A stretch of 32,000 nt of DNA from Mycolicibacterium smegmatis. Its GTDB lineage: Bacteria; Actinomycetota; Actinomycetes; Mycobacteriales; Mycobacteriaceae. Every line of letters starts with the position of its first letter. Within the stretch, counting starts at the first letter, position 1. The DNA is taken from the NCBI RefSeq assembly GCF_001457595.1, contig NZ_LN831039.1:3030001-3062000 (forward strand), written 5' to 3'. The notes beneath the pieces were generated by a model. It did not search any database and was not told the origin of the DNA. It saw only the letters and a program-made list of their open reading frames with translations. Positions 9,096 through 18,160 of the stretch are shown one piece after another. The translations under genes and the position numbers were made by a program.

Positions 9096-9939
9096 CACCC
9101 TGCGCGAACGGCGCGGTGAGATGCGTGAGCAACTGCACGGGCACGTCCTCCTGCAGCACGTGCCCGGCGTCGTCGATCCAGTGGAACTCGGCGTGCGGTA
9201 TCTGGTCGCGGATCCATTCGCCGTACTTCGGGGCCATGATCAGATCGTCACGGCCCCAGAGGATCTTCACCGGGATGTCGATGCCGGCGAGTTTGTCCTC
9301 GAAGACACGAGTGTCGTCCACCGAAAGCTGCTGGTACTGCCGGTAGAACGCGGCCTGACCGTCCGCGCCCAGCCACGGTTGCAGATACCGTTCCAGCACG
9401 CCAGGCCGGAAACCGCTGTGGGTGGCGCGCTGCAGATGGCTGGTGATCAGCGCACGGTGGGCATAGCCGGGCAGCGCCTCGAACACCCCGGCGTTTCGCC
9501 GCACCAGGTGGAAAAGTCCCATCTCCCAATCGGATCCGGTCACCGCGTCGAAGATCACCAGATCGCGGTAGGCGGCACCGTTCACCAGCGACGCGTGCAG
9601 TGCGATCGCCGCGCCGATGTCGTTCGCGATCATGCTCGGCCGCTTCAGCCCCCAGTGCTCCAGGAGATCGGCCAACCGCCGTGCCTGGGCGGCGATCGTG
9701 AGATCCTGTCCTTCGCGCTGCTCGGACTGACCGTAGCCGAGCAGATCGAACACGTACACCGACCGGTGCTGCGCGAGCGCCGGCGCGATGTCACGCCACA
9801 GGTAGGACGAGTACGGCGTGCCGTGCACCAGCACCACCGGTTCGTCCCCGGAACTGTCGGAACCGAGGCGCTGCCAGCGGATGACGCCCTCGGCGGTGTC
9901 GAATGTCTCTGTCAGATTCCAGTCCACATCGGGGCGCAT
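9076..9939 (-). CDS. Alpha/beta hydrolase fold protein (haloalkane dehalogenase/epoxide hydrolase-like)
   Basis: 287 aa; VVLVHGTPYSSYLWRDIAPALA, FDLLGYGQSEQ, WGRDDLIMAP, and ADDAGHVLQED-like C-terminal His region (WIDDAGHVLQED). 3' end overlaps the convergent dehydrogenase by 20 bp. Confidence 0.87.
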   Translation of the reverse strand: MRPDVDWNLTETFDTAEGVIRWQRLGSDSSGDEPVVLVHGTPYSSYLWRDIAPALAQHRSVYVFDLLGYGQSEQREGQDLTIAAQARRLADLLEHWGLKRPSMIANDIGAAIALHASLVNGAAYRDLVIFDAVTGSDWEMGLFHLVRRNAGVFEALPGYAHRALITSHLQRATHSGFRPGVLERYLQPWLGADGQAAFYRQYQQLSVDDTRVFEDKLAGIDIPVKILWGRDDLIMAPKYGEWIRDQIPHAEFHWIDDAGHVLQEDVPVQLLTHLTAPFAQGVNRSVG

Positions 9940-9956
9940 ACCCCGCAGCCGATGGG

Positions 9957-11465
9957 CTAAACCGACGTCTTGTGCGGCGCGGTCACCGGGATGCTGGGCA
10001 GGCGGATGACGAAAGACGTTTTGCCGGAACCTGATTGGGCGGAAATCGTGCCGCCGTGCGCTTCGACGATGGACGCCGCGATCGACAGGCCCAGTCCGAA
10101 ACTACCTGCCGCGCGCGAGCGTGATTTGTCGGCGCGCACGAAACGCTCGAACAGGTGGGGCAGCAGATCAGGGTTGATCCCGGGGCCGTTGTCGGACACC
10201 GTCACCTCGGCATGGCTGGTGTCCCCGTTTCCGTGGACCACCAACGTGGTCTGCACCGACGTGCCCTCCGGCGTGTGCACCCGCGCGTTCGACAGCAGGT
10301 TGGCCAGCGTCTGGTGCAGGCGGGCGTGGTCGGCACGCACCCACACCGGGTCGTCGGGCACACGGACCGACCAGTGGTGCGTCGGCGCCGACACCGCGGC
10401 GTCGTTGACCGCATCGGCGACCAGCTCGGTGAGATCCACCTCGGTGGTGTCCAATTCCTGTCCCTCGTCGAGACGTGCCAGCAGCAGCAGGTCGGACACC
10501 AGCGAATTCATCCGCTGGGCCTCGGCCTCGATGCGTGCGAGTGAGTACTCGGTGGTCTCGGGCAGCACCGAGCTGTCCTGGCGGGTCAGCTCGGCGTAGC
10601 CGTGGATCGCGGCCAGCGGTGTCCGGAGTTCGTGGCTGGCGTCGGTGATGAACTGGCGCATGCGGCGGTCGGACGCGGCGACGTCGGCCAGGGCGCGTTC
10701 GACGTGGTCGAGCAGTTGGTTGAGGGTGTCGCCGACCCGGCCGACCTCGGTGCGGGGGTCGGTGTCGCATGCCGGCACCCGCGGGGTGATCGCGTGGTTC
10801 TCGCGGTCGAGGGGGAGCGTCGCCACCTCGGCGGCCGTGGCGGCCACCCGGCGCAGCGGCCGCAGTGCGAACCCGACGATCGCGATCGTGCTGATCGCGG
10901 TGAGGATCAGCGCCACGACCGTCATCGCCGAGACGATGCCGGTGACCCGCATCATCGCCTCCCACGCCGGTGTGTACGACACCGCGGTCACGAGCGACTC
11001 GTCGCCGTCGCCGGGATGGCTGACCACGCGGTACCACCCGAGTCCCGGAATGTCGACGTTGCGGGGGGTGGGTCCGGTGGTCGCAAGGTCCCGCAGGGTG
11101 TCGACGGCCGCGGGTGGAGCGGCCTGGGCGTCGCCGTCGGAGAAGAACGCCGAGTCGACCACCTCGCCGTCCTGGATGAGCGCGATGACGTTGCCCTCGG
11201 CCTGGCCCAGGACGTGGATCAGCGGTTTCATCGATCCTGGCGGAGGTACCTCGTCCTCCCCGGGCAGCGGGGTGGTCCGGTACTTGGTCACGGTCTTGCT
11301 GAAGCCGTCGGCGGCGCCCGCGAGTTGCGCGTCGATGAGTCCCACCATCGAGGACCGCAACGTGAAGACCGACAGGGTCCCGATCGTCGCGAGTGCGATC
11401 ATGACGACCGCCGAGACCCCGACCACGAGTTGGCGGCGCAGGGACCAGCTCTTCGGCGTACGCAT
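9957..11465 (-). CDS. Two-component sensor histidine kinase with HAMP domain
   Basis: ATG at 11465, 502 aa; two TM segments, HAMP-like region, H-box FITDASHELRTPLAAIHGYAEL, N-box NLLSNARVHTPEGT, G-boxes VSDNGPGI and GSFGLGLSIAASIVEAHGG. Confidence 0.93.
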   Translation of the reverse strand: MRTPKSWSLRRQLVVGVSAVVMIALATIGTLSVFTLRSSMVGLIDAQLAGAADGFSKTVTKYRTTPLPGEDEVPPPGSMKPLIHVLGQAEGNVIALIQDGEVVDSAFFSDGDAQAAPPAAVDTLRDLATTGPTPRNVDIPGLGWYRVVSHPGDGDESLVTAVSYTPAWEAMMRVTGIVSAMTVVALILTAISTIAIVGFALRPLRRVAATAAEVATLPLDRENHAITPRVPACDTDPRTEVGRVGDTLNQLLDHVERALADVAASDRRMRQFITDASHELRTPLAAIHGYAELTRQDSSVLPETTEYSLARIEAEAQRMNSLVSDLLLLARLDEGQELDTTEVDLTELVADAVNDAAVSAPTHHWSVRVPDDPVWVRADHARLHQTLANLLSNARVHTPEGTSVQTTLVVHGNGDTSHAEVTVSDNGPGINPDLLPHLFERFVRADKSRSRAAGSFGLGLSIAASIVEAHGGTISAQSGSGKTSFVIRLPSIPVTAPHKTSV

Positions 11466-12256
11466 CAGTCCGCCGGTCGCAGCATGTACCCCACACCCCG
11501 CACGGTGTGGATCATCGGCTCCCGGCCGGTGTCGATCTTCTTGCGCAGGTACGACACGTACAGGTCGACGATGCTGGTGCGCCCGCCGAAGTCGTACTCC
11601 CACACCTGCCGCAGGATGTCATCACGGCTCAGGGCCTTGCGCGGATGCCGCATGAGCACCCGCAGCAGCTGAAACTCGGTGGAGGTCAACGCGATCGGTG
11701 TGTCACCCCGGGTCACTGTGTGACTCGACGCGTCGAGCGTCAGGTCACCCACGCGCAGCGTCTCGTCGGCGGCGGGCGTCAGATAGGCCGTGCGGCGCAA
11801 CAGCCCCCTCAACCGTGCGACGAGTTCCTCCAACGAGAACGGTTTGGTCATGTAGTCGTCACCGCCGGCCGTGAGGCCCTCGACGCGGTCGGCCACCGAA
11901 TCGCGTGCGGTGAGGAACAGTGTGGGTGTGTAGGTGCCGAACGAGCGGATCTGTTCGAGCACGCCGAGGCCGTCGGTGTCGGGCAGCATGATGTCCAGCA
12001 CGAGCAGATCGGGCAGGTTGGCCCGGTACTTCTCGACGGCTTGTGCGGCGTCGTGCGCGACGTCGATCACCCAGCCCTCGTACTGCAATGCCATCTGCAC
12101 GAGGTTGGTGAGCGCGCGTTCGTCGTCGACGAGCAGGACACGGATCGGCGACCCGTCGGGACGGTACATCCGGGGGAGCTGACCCAGAATCGCTCGACGT
12201 GGCCGCGGGTTCTTGAGTTGCGCAGACGTCACGTCGTCATTTTCGTCCGCATTCAA
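11465..12256 (-). CDS. OmpR/PhoP-family DNA-binding response regulator (start codon uncertain)
   Basis: Receiver domain IRVLLVDDERALTNLVQMALQYEGW...LLVLDIMLPDTDGLGVLEQIRS...LTARDSVADRVEGLTAGGDDYMTKPFSLEELVARLRGLLRR plus winged helix ...VWEYDFGGRTSIVDLYVSYLRKKID. Track start is TTG at 12256; in-frame GTG at 12232 is an alternative. Its stop overlaps the kinase ATG (TGATG). Confidence 0.92.
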   Translation of the reverse strand: MNADENDDVTSAQLKNPRPRRAILGQLPRMYRPDGSPIRVLLVDDERALTNLVQMALQYEGWVIDVAHDAAQAVEKYRANLPDLLVLDIMLPDTDGLGVLEQIRSFGTYTPTLFLTARDSVADRVEGLTAGGDDYMTKPFSLEELVARLRGLLRRTAYLTPAADETLRVGDLTLDASSHTVTRGDTPIALTSTEFQLLRVLMRHPRKALSRDDILRQVWEYDFGGRTSIVDLYVSYLRKKIDTGREPMIHTVRGVGYMLRPAD

Positions 12257-12269
12257 CCGCAGCTCACCG

Positions 12270-12294
12270 CCTTCATAGCGTTTTCATATGAAGG
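12270..12294. repeat. Short inverted repeat upstream of the response regulator
   Basis: CCTTCATA (12270-12277), 9-nt loop gcgttttca, TATGAAGG (12287-12294): perfect 8-bp arms. Confidence 0.7.
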
Positions 12295-12314
12295 CCTGGC
12301 GGCGGTGCGAAAGG

Positions 12315-13013
12315 TCACGATGCCAACAGGGCCGTGACCGCGAACTTCTCCACCTCGGCGACATGGCCGCCGGTCCACACCACGAGCGTGACGGTTCCGG
12401 GTTGCGGTGCAATGGTGCTGACGGTGGCCGACCATGGCGCGGCCTCGCCGCCGGCCGCGACACAACAGTGCTCACCGAGCATCTGCTCAGGGCCGTTCTG
12501 GTGCACCCGCAGGCGCAGGCTCTCGTCGACGCCCGTGATCACACCACCCGCGTCGATCGCCGTGGAGACCGGACTTCCGTACGGAGGTGCGGTGAGCGTG
12601 AGCACGTCGTCGCGGCTGCCGACCACCTCCCACGGCGCGTCGGGAGCGGCCCCGTAGCGGGCGAGGTGGACCGTCGCGGCCGTCGTGGGCCGGTCGTTGG
12701 GCAGGACGTAACCCACACCCACCCAGGCCTCGTCGGCGTGCTCGGTGACGTCGGTGACCCGGTCGATCTCGGTGAAGCCCAGATAGTCGCGCGTGAACGA
12801 CAACGCGGTGGCCGACGGGTCGGCGTGCCACGGCGCGTGGCCGGCCGGGCCGCCCTCGCGCAGCCAGGTGTCGGCGTCGGCCTGCGACGCGAACGGCCAC
12901 AGCGGTTGGTAGGTGAACTCCTCGGCCGCGTTCGCGGTGCCGGGTGTGAGGCTCAGAGCGGCTGTCAGCAGGGTGGCACCGAGTACGCCGGCCATGCGTC
13001 GGGTCGTCGCCAT
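12315..13013 (-). CDS. Secreted protein of unknown function with N-terminal signal peptide
   Basis: ATG at 13013 (alternative GTG at 13034): MATTRRMAGVLGATLLTAALSLTPGTANAAEEFTYQPLW..., a classical Sec-type signal with a TANA-AEE cleavage region. Confidence 0.8.
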   Translation of the reverse strand: MATTRRMAGVLGATLLTAALSLTPGTANAAEEFTYQPLWPFASQADADTWLREGGPAGHAPWHADPSATALSFTRDYLGFTEIDRVTDVTEHADEAWVGVGYVLPNDRPTTAATVHLARYGAAPDAPWEVVGSRDDVLTLTAPPYGSPVSTAIDAGGVITGVDESLRLRVHQNGPEQMLGEHCCVAAGGEAAPWSATVSTIAPQPGTVTLVVWTGGHVAEVEKFAVTALLAS

Positions 13014-13038
13014 AGCCCCATCATGCGCGTTCACCCGT

Positions 13039-13102
13039 TCCGCGAGTGTGAAACGTCAGCGAGCTTCCGGCGATTTTCTCGCTGAGAGTTCACACTCGCG
13101 GA
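13039..13102. repeat. Large imperfect inverted repeat / hairpin in the SDR - secreted protein gap
   Basis: TCCGCGAGTGTGAA (13039-13052) pairs with TTCACACTCGCGGA (13089-13102); after a 3x3 mismatch, TCAGCGAG (13056-13063) pairs with CTCGCTGA (13078-13085); 14-nt loop 13064-13077. Confidence 0.88.
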
Positions 13103-13107
13103 CGCGA

Positions 13108-13905
13108 TCAGTAATTGACGGTGCCGAGCAGGCCACCGCCCACGGCCACGGCGTCCCCGGTGATGCTCACGCTGCGCGGCGAGGCGAGAAAGGCCACGAC
13201 ATCGGCCACTTCCGCGGCATCCACGACCCGCCCGATGGCGTTGTCGGCGATCTGCCGCTCGTAGTCGGCGACATCGATCCCGGCGGCCCTGGCCGCGGCC
13301 TCGAACTGGGCGGTCTTGCTCTCGGTGCGCGTCTGCCCGGGATGCACGACGGTGACGTTGATCCCGTGCGGTCCGAGTTCGTCGGCGAGGTTCTTGGTCA
13401 GCGCCGCCACACTGACGTTACGGATGCTGCGCACGATCGAATGGGTCTGCCGGTAGCCGAGCCCGCTGATGTTGATGATGCGGCCCCAACCTTGCGCCTT
13501 GAGATGCGGCGCGACGGCGCGCGCGGCGCGCAGATAGCCCACGACCTTCACGTTGACGTCGCCCCAGAACGCCTCGTCGGTGGTGCCCGCCAGATCCGGG
13601 AACGCCGCGCCGACCGCCTGATTCGATGCGTTGTTGACCAGGATGTCGACGCCGCCGAGTTCCTCGACGGCACGAGCGACGAGGGCCTTGACCGACTCGT
13701 CGTCCCCGGTGTCGGCGACGACGGGGATCGCCCGCCGCCCGGTGCGTTCGGCGACCTCGGCGGCGGCCTTCTCCAGGGTCTCCTGATTGCGCGCGGCGAG
13801 CACCACGTCGACGCCTTCGGCGGCCAGCGCGTGGGCGATCGCCAGGCCGATGCCTTTGCTGCCGCCGGTGATGATCGCGCGCTTGCCGGTCAGTTGCAGA
13901 TCCAT
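13108..13905 (-). CDS. Short-chain dehydrogenase/reductase (SDR)
   Basis: ATG at 13905, 265 aa MDLQLTGKRAIITGGSKGIGLAIAHALAAEG...DILVNNASNQ... with C-terminal SITGDAVAVGGGLLGTVNY. The N-terminal 59 aa of the track ORF do not look like real protein. Confidence 0.9.
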   Translation of the reverse strand: MDLQLTGKRAIITGGSKGIGLAIAHALAAEGVDVVLAARNQETLEKAAAEVAERTGRRAIPVVADTGDDESVKALVARAVEELGGVDILVNNASNQAVGAAFPDLAGTTDEAFWGDVNVKVVGYLRAARAVAPHLKAQGWGRIINISGLGYRQTHSIVRSIRNVSVAALTKNLADELGPHGINVTVVHPGQTRTESKTAQFEAAARAAGIDVADYERQIADNAIGRVVDAAEVADVVAFLASPRSVSITGDAVAVGGGLLGTVNY

Positions 13906-13990
13906 GTCTCTCCTTGTGAGCACTCGCTTTTCGCCGAGCTCATCGTGTGGTGGGTCCGAGACGCGGACAAGGCATTCGATCGCCGGGATC

Positions 13991-14992
13991 TCAAAGGTGC
14001 TCCGGTGCGGCCGCGCCGGCAGTGATGTGGGAAAGTGCCTCGGCGGCGTCGAGCGATCGGGGCGGCCGACCGTGCCGGGCATGGTCGGCCGTCACCCGCT
14101 GGAGATATTCGTTGACCGGTGCGGACCGTCCGATCAGGCGTGCCTGCAGCGCGATTTCCCCGTTGAAATAGTCGGTTTCGACCTCGGTGTGGCCACGCGC
14201 GACGCTCTGCCAGGTGGAGCCGTGGACGTCGTCACGCACCCGGCCCGCGAGGAATCTGCCGCGCCGCTCGGTGTCCTGCTCGGGCGGCACCACCGGAATT
14301 CCCGCGGCGCCGAGCACTTCTTCGGCCTCCGCGCGTGCCTGTGCGGCGAGTTCATCGGCGGCCGGGCCCGGACGGAAAATCGCGGTCACCCCGTTGCCGA
14401 GGTTCATGATCAGCTTGCGGTGCTTCCACGCCATGATGTCGGGGCGGACCTCCGACAGGAACTGCGAGGCACGCAGCATGGCCGCGACGTCATGCGCCAC
14501 CGCGTCGGCACCGGAGGGGTAGCGCCCGAGATCCAAGATGCCCGCGAGCGGATGACTCTGCTGGACCACCACACCCGGTTCGAGGTGGGCCGCGGGCAAC
14601 ATGACCGTGACGCCGTACACATCGGCGAAGCGCCGCAGTATCGCCATCTCGTTCGCAACACCGTTCTGCGCCGCGAAGATTGCGGTGTGCGCGGGGGCGT
14701 GCGTGGCGAGATCGTCGAGAGCGGCACCGGTCTGATGGCTCTTGACCGCGAGGATCACGACGGGTTCGTCGCTCCAGTCGACCTCGCCGGCGTCGGCCGC
14801 GGCAGGAAGCGGCACGGTGCGCTCACCGGCCTGCGTCACCAGTTTGAGCCCGCCGGCCCGGATGGCACGCAGGTGGTCCCCACGGGCGACCGCGGTCACG
14901 TCGAAACCTCCGAGTCGTAGTTGGGCGGCGATGACACCCCCGACCGCTCCGGTTCCGTAGACGACGACGGGGTGCGGTGTGGTGTCGGTCAT
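13991..14992 (-). CDS. Ketopantoate reductase (ApbA/PanE) family protein
   Basis: 333 aa; VVVYGTGAVGGVIAAQLRLGGFDVTAVARGDHLRAIRAGGL, VILAVKSHQT, AAQNGVANE, WKHRKLIMNLGNG. Confidence 0.85.
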   Translation of the reverse strand: MTDTTPHPVVVYGTGAVGGVIAAQLRLGGFDVTAVARGDHLRAIRAGGLKLVTQAGERTVPLPAAADAGEVDWSDEPVVILAVKSHQTGAALDDLATHAPAHTAIFAAQNGVANEMAILRRFADVYGVTVMLPAAHLEPGVVVQQSHPLAGILDLGRYPSGADAVAHDVAAMLRASQFLSEVRPDIMAWKHRKLIMNLGNGVTAIFRPGPAADELAAQARAEAEEVLGAAGIPVVPPEQDTERRGRFLAGRVRDDVHGSTWQSVARGHTEVETDYFNGEIALQARLIGRSAPVNEYLQRVTADHARHGRPPRSLDAAEALSHITAGAAAPEHL

Positions 14993-15399
14993 CGAAAACT
15001 CGCTTCCGGTCAGACGTTGTACGCGCCGATTCCTGCGGCACGATCAGGAGCTTCACCTCCCGATTCTGCCGATCTCTGAGCGCGCGTGTTCTGCGGGATC
15101 GCTGTGCGTGCCTGAGGCTCGGCGACCGGCCCCTTTCAGCCGCATCGCAGCTGTCTCCCGGAATCGGTGCCGCGCCTGCATTTTCGTTCCCGGTGTGTCC
15201 GGACAGGCTCGGCCGGCAGCTGCCCGTTGCCTGTGGGAATCAACTGCGGGGAATCAGTGGATCACCACAGGGTGTTGCAGGGGCGGGATGGGGCACCATG
15301 AATCACCGCGGTTGTAAATCTGGTGTCCGTTCCCGCCGACGGCGAACATCAACCACGGCCGGTGAGCACCACCCTTTCACCTGAAGAAGAACGGATGAC

Positions 15400-16431
15400 A
15401 TGACAGTGGCACCATTGCGCACCGATCGACGGCGGCTGGGGTCCGGCGGACCCGAGGTGTCGGCGATCGGACTGGGGTTCATGAGCTTTCGCGCAGGCAG
15501 CGGACCCGACGACGAGAAGCAGGCCAAGGACATCGTCGACGCGGCGATCGACCTCGGGGTGACACTGTTCGACACGGCCGACATCTACGGCCCCGAGCAC
15601 AGCGAAGTACTGCTTGGCAAGGCGATCCGGGGCAGGCGCGATTCCGTCGTCATCGCGACCAAGTTTGGCAACCGGCTGGACCGGGGTACCAGCCCGGACG
15701 GCCGCGCACTCGACGGCAGGCCCGAGTACGTACGCAGCGCGATCGAGGGGTCGCTGCGCCGTCTGGGTGTGGACCACGTCGACCTCTATTACCAGCACCG
15801 AGTGGATCCCCAGGTGCCGATCGAAGACACCGTGGGAGCGCTCGCCGAACTGGTGCAGGCCGGAAAGGTGCGTCACATCGGGCTGTCTGAACCCGGTCCA
15901 CAGACGCTGCGGCGCGCGCACGCCGTACATCCCATCGCGGCGATCCAGAACGAGTGGTCGCTGTTCACACGCGACATCGAAGGCGAGACCGCGCCGATCG
16001 CACGAGAACTCGGCATCGGCATCGTGCCGTACTCACCGCTGGGCCGCGGTTGGCTCACCGGTCGTGTGCAGTCGCGCGACGACATCAGCGGCACCCACCG
16101 CGACCACCCGCGGTTCAGCGACGAGGCGTTCGACCGGAACCGCGCGCTGGCCGACACCGTGGTCACGGTCGCGGGTGAACTCGGTGTGCAACCCGGCCAG
16201 GTCGCGCTGGCCTGGGTGCTCTCACGGGGACAGGACGTGGTGCCCATCCCGGGCACCCGCCACGTCGGGTTCCTCCGCGAGAACCTCTGCGCGGTGGGCA
16301 TCGAGTTGAGCGATGACCACCTGCGGCGTCTGGAGGGGATCGCCGGTCAGGTCGCCGGGCACCGCTCGGCCCGACCCGAGCACCTCGGCACCGAGGCCCC
16401 GCAGGCAGATTCGGGTGTGCAGAATCGATGA
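15400..16431 (+). CDS. Aldo/keto reductase
   Basis: 343 aa; [92 protein letters not shown]. Confidence 0.93.
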   Translation: MTVAPLRTDRRRLGSGGPEVSAIGLGFMSFRAGSGPDDEKQAKDIVDAAIDLGVTLFDTADIYGPEHSEVLLGKAIRGRRDSVVIATKFGNRLDRGTSPDGRALDGRPEYVRSAIEGSLRRLGVDHVDLYYQHRVDPQVPIEDTVGALAELVQAGKVRHIGLSEPGPQTLRRAHAVHPIAAIQNEWSLFTRDIEGETAPIARELGIGIVPYSPLGRGWLTGRVQSRDDISGTHRDHPRFSDEAFDRNRALADTVVTVAGELGVQPGQVALAWVLSRGQDVVPIPGTRHVGFLRENLCAVGIELSDDHLRRLEGIAGQVAGHRSARPEHLGTEAPQADSGVQNR

Positions 16432-17225
16432 CGGTCATCGCCCGCTACGCAGACGTCGATGCGACCCTCGGCGTCCACAGCGACACGCTGGCACTGCAAC
16501 TCGCCCACCGCTCGGTACGGAAGTTCCTGCCCGACGCGGTCTCCGACGAGCACCTCTCGGCGCTGGTCGCCGCGGCCCAGTCGGCGGCGACCTCGTCGAA
16601 CCTGCAGCCCTGGAGCGTCGTCGCGGTTCGTGACCCGCAACGCAAGGCACGGCTGGCGGTGCTCGCAAAGAACCAGCAGTTCATCAACGACGCTCCGCTG
16701 TTCCTGGTGTGGGTGGCTGATCTCGGGCGGGCCCGGCGCATCGCCGAACGTGCCGGGGTGCCACTGGACGGGGCCGACTATCTGGAGACCACGATCATCG
16801 GATTTGTCGACACCGCGCTGGCGGCGCAGAACGCGGTGCTGGCAGCCGAATCACTGGGACTGGGAACGGTGTTCGTCGGCGCGATCCGTAACCATCCCGA
16901 AGAAGTGGCCGCCGAGCTGGGGCTGCCGCCGTCTGCCGTAGCAACCTTCGGTCTGGCCGTGGGGTTCCCCGACCCCACCGAGAATGCGGGCATCAAACCG
17001 CGGCTGCCGCGGGAGGCCGTGCTGCACCATGAGCAGTACGACGCCCAGACCGCCGATTCCCATGTGCCGGCCTACGACGAGCGTCTCGCCGATTACAACA
17101 CCCGCCACGGGCTGACCGGGACGTGGAGCGAGCGGGTGCTGGCCAGGCTCGCGGGACCACAATCGCTTTCGGGACGCCACCTGCTGCGCACTCAGCTCGA
17201 GCGGTTGGGCCTGGGAATCCGCTGA
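16428..17225 (+). CDS. Nitroreductase-family, probably FMN-dependent oxidoreductase
   Basis: 265 aa; [43 protein letters not shown], ...[42 protein letters not shown] overlap with the preceding CDS. Confidence 0.92.
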   Translation: MTVIARYADVDATLGVHSDTLALQLAHRSVRKFLPDAVSDEHLSALVAAAQSAATSSNLQPWSVVAVRDPQRKARLAVLAKNQQFINDAPLFLVWVADLGRARRIAERAGVPLDGADYLETTIIGFVDTALAAQNAVLAAESLGLGTVFVGAIRNHPEEVAAELGLPPSAVATFGLAVGFPDPTENAGIKPRLPREAVLHHEQYDAQTADSHVPAYDERLADYNTRHGLTGTWSERVLARLAGPQSLSGRHLLRTQLERLGLGIR

Positions 17226-17243
17226 CCGCGGGCGGTGCTGGTG

Positions 17244-18038
17244 TCAGACCTTCTCGGTGGCGCCGGACAGCTTGCTCACCAACGCATTTCCGGCGAGCCC
17301 CACCACGATCATGGCAATCCCGACCACATCGGGCAGCGCGTCGGTGACCCAGCCGAAGATCCCGGCGATCAGCACGAACATCGGAAGCCAGTCGAACAGT
17401 TTGACCAGGCTTGCCCCGGTCTCGGCGGTCTCCGGGCTCTCGCCGGTCTGTTCGTCGAATCTCGCCGTCGCGTAGTCGGGGTACCACCCCGTGAACGCGA
17501 CCGCGAAGAAGATCGAACCCAGTTGCAGGACCCAGCCGGTCCAGAAGTTGTCCGGGTCGTGCAGGATCGCGTTGCCGATGAATCCGACGACGGCCGAGAA
17601 CGTGAACGCGGCTGCCCACACCCCCGAGATCACGTAGTTGATCCGCAGGAACAGCGGACTGTCCCAATGCTCCTGCGGGGCCTGCTCCTTGGCGTACGGG
17701 AGCGTGAACGGCCGCCGCACGACGATGGTGGCGATCACGAACACGGCCAGCGCGATGTTGCTGAGCTCACCGGCCCACTCCTGCAACCAGTCCACGGTAT
17801 CCGCGGGGACGGCCAGCCCGATCACGGCCAGCACCACGAAGAACGCCGCACCGTAGAAGTCGAGTGCGTGCAGCGTTCCTCCACGCCGCCGGTTGATCCA
17901 CATCGTGAGCAGGGTCAGGCCCAGCGCCGCACACACGGCCTCTTCGAAATGGCCGGGCGTCGACAGCACCGCCATCACCACCCACGGCGCGATACCCGAG
18001 AGCGGGGACTCGAGGTAGCCGTCGAGAAACTTGGTCAT
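17244..18038 (-). CDS. Multi-pass integral membrane protein of unknown function
   Basis: ATG at 18038 (MTKFLDGYLES...; track TTG start at 18047). 264 aa with several hydrophobic segments, e.g. LHALDFYGAAFFVVLAVIGLAV, LSNIALAVFVIATIVV, LPMFVLIAGIFGWV. Confidence 0.8.
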   Translation of the reverse strand: MTKFLDGYLESPLSGIAPWVVMAVLSTPGHFEEAVCAALGLTLLTMWINRRRGGTLHALDFYGAAFFVVLAVIGLAVPADTVDWLQEWAGELSNIALAVFVIATIVVRRPFTLPYAKEQAPQEHWDSPLFLRINYVISGVWAAAFTFSAVVGFIGNAILHDPDNFWTGWVLQLGSIFFAVAFTGWYPDYATARFDEQTGESPETAETGASLVKLFDWLPMFVLIAGIFGWVTDALPDVVGIAMIVVGLAGNALVSKLSGATEKV

Positions 18039-18160
18039 GGCCGACAACTTTATTTGCGGAGTCGTCAGAGTTCAGGGCAAATCGGATCTTTCGACAGCAC
18101 AATCGCGGCGCTTCGGCACCCTCGGCGCCCCGAGCATGCGCGCACCGTAGGTTGGTCGGC

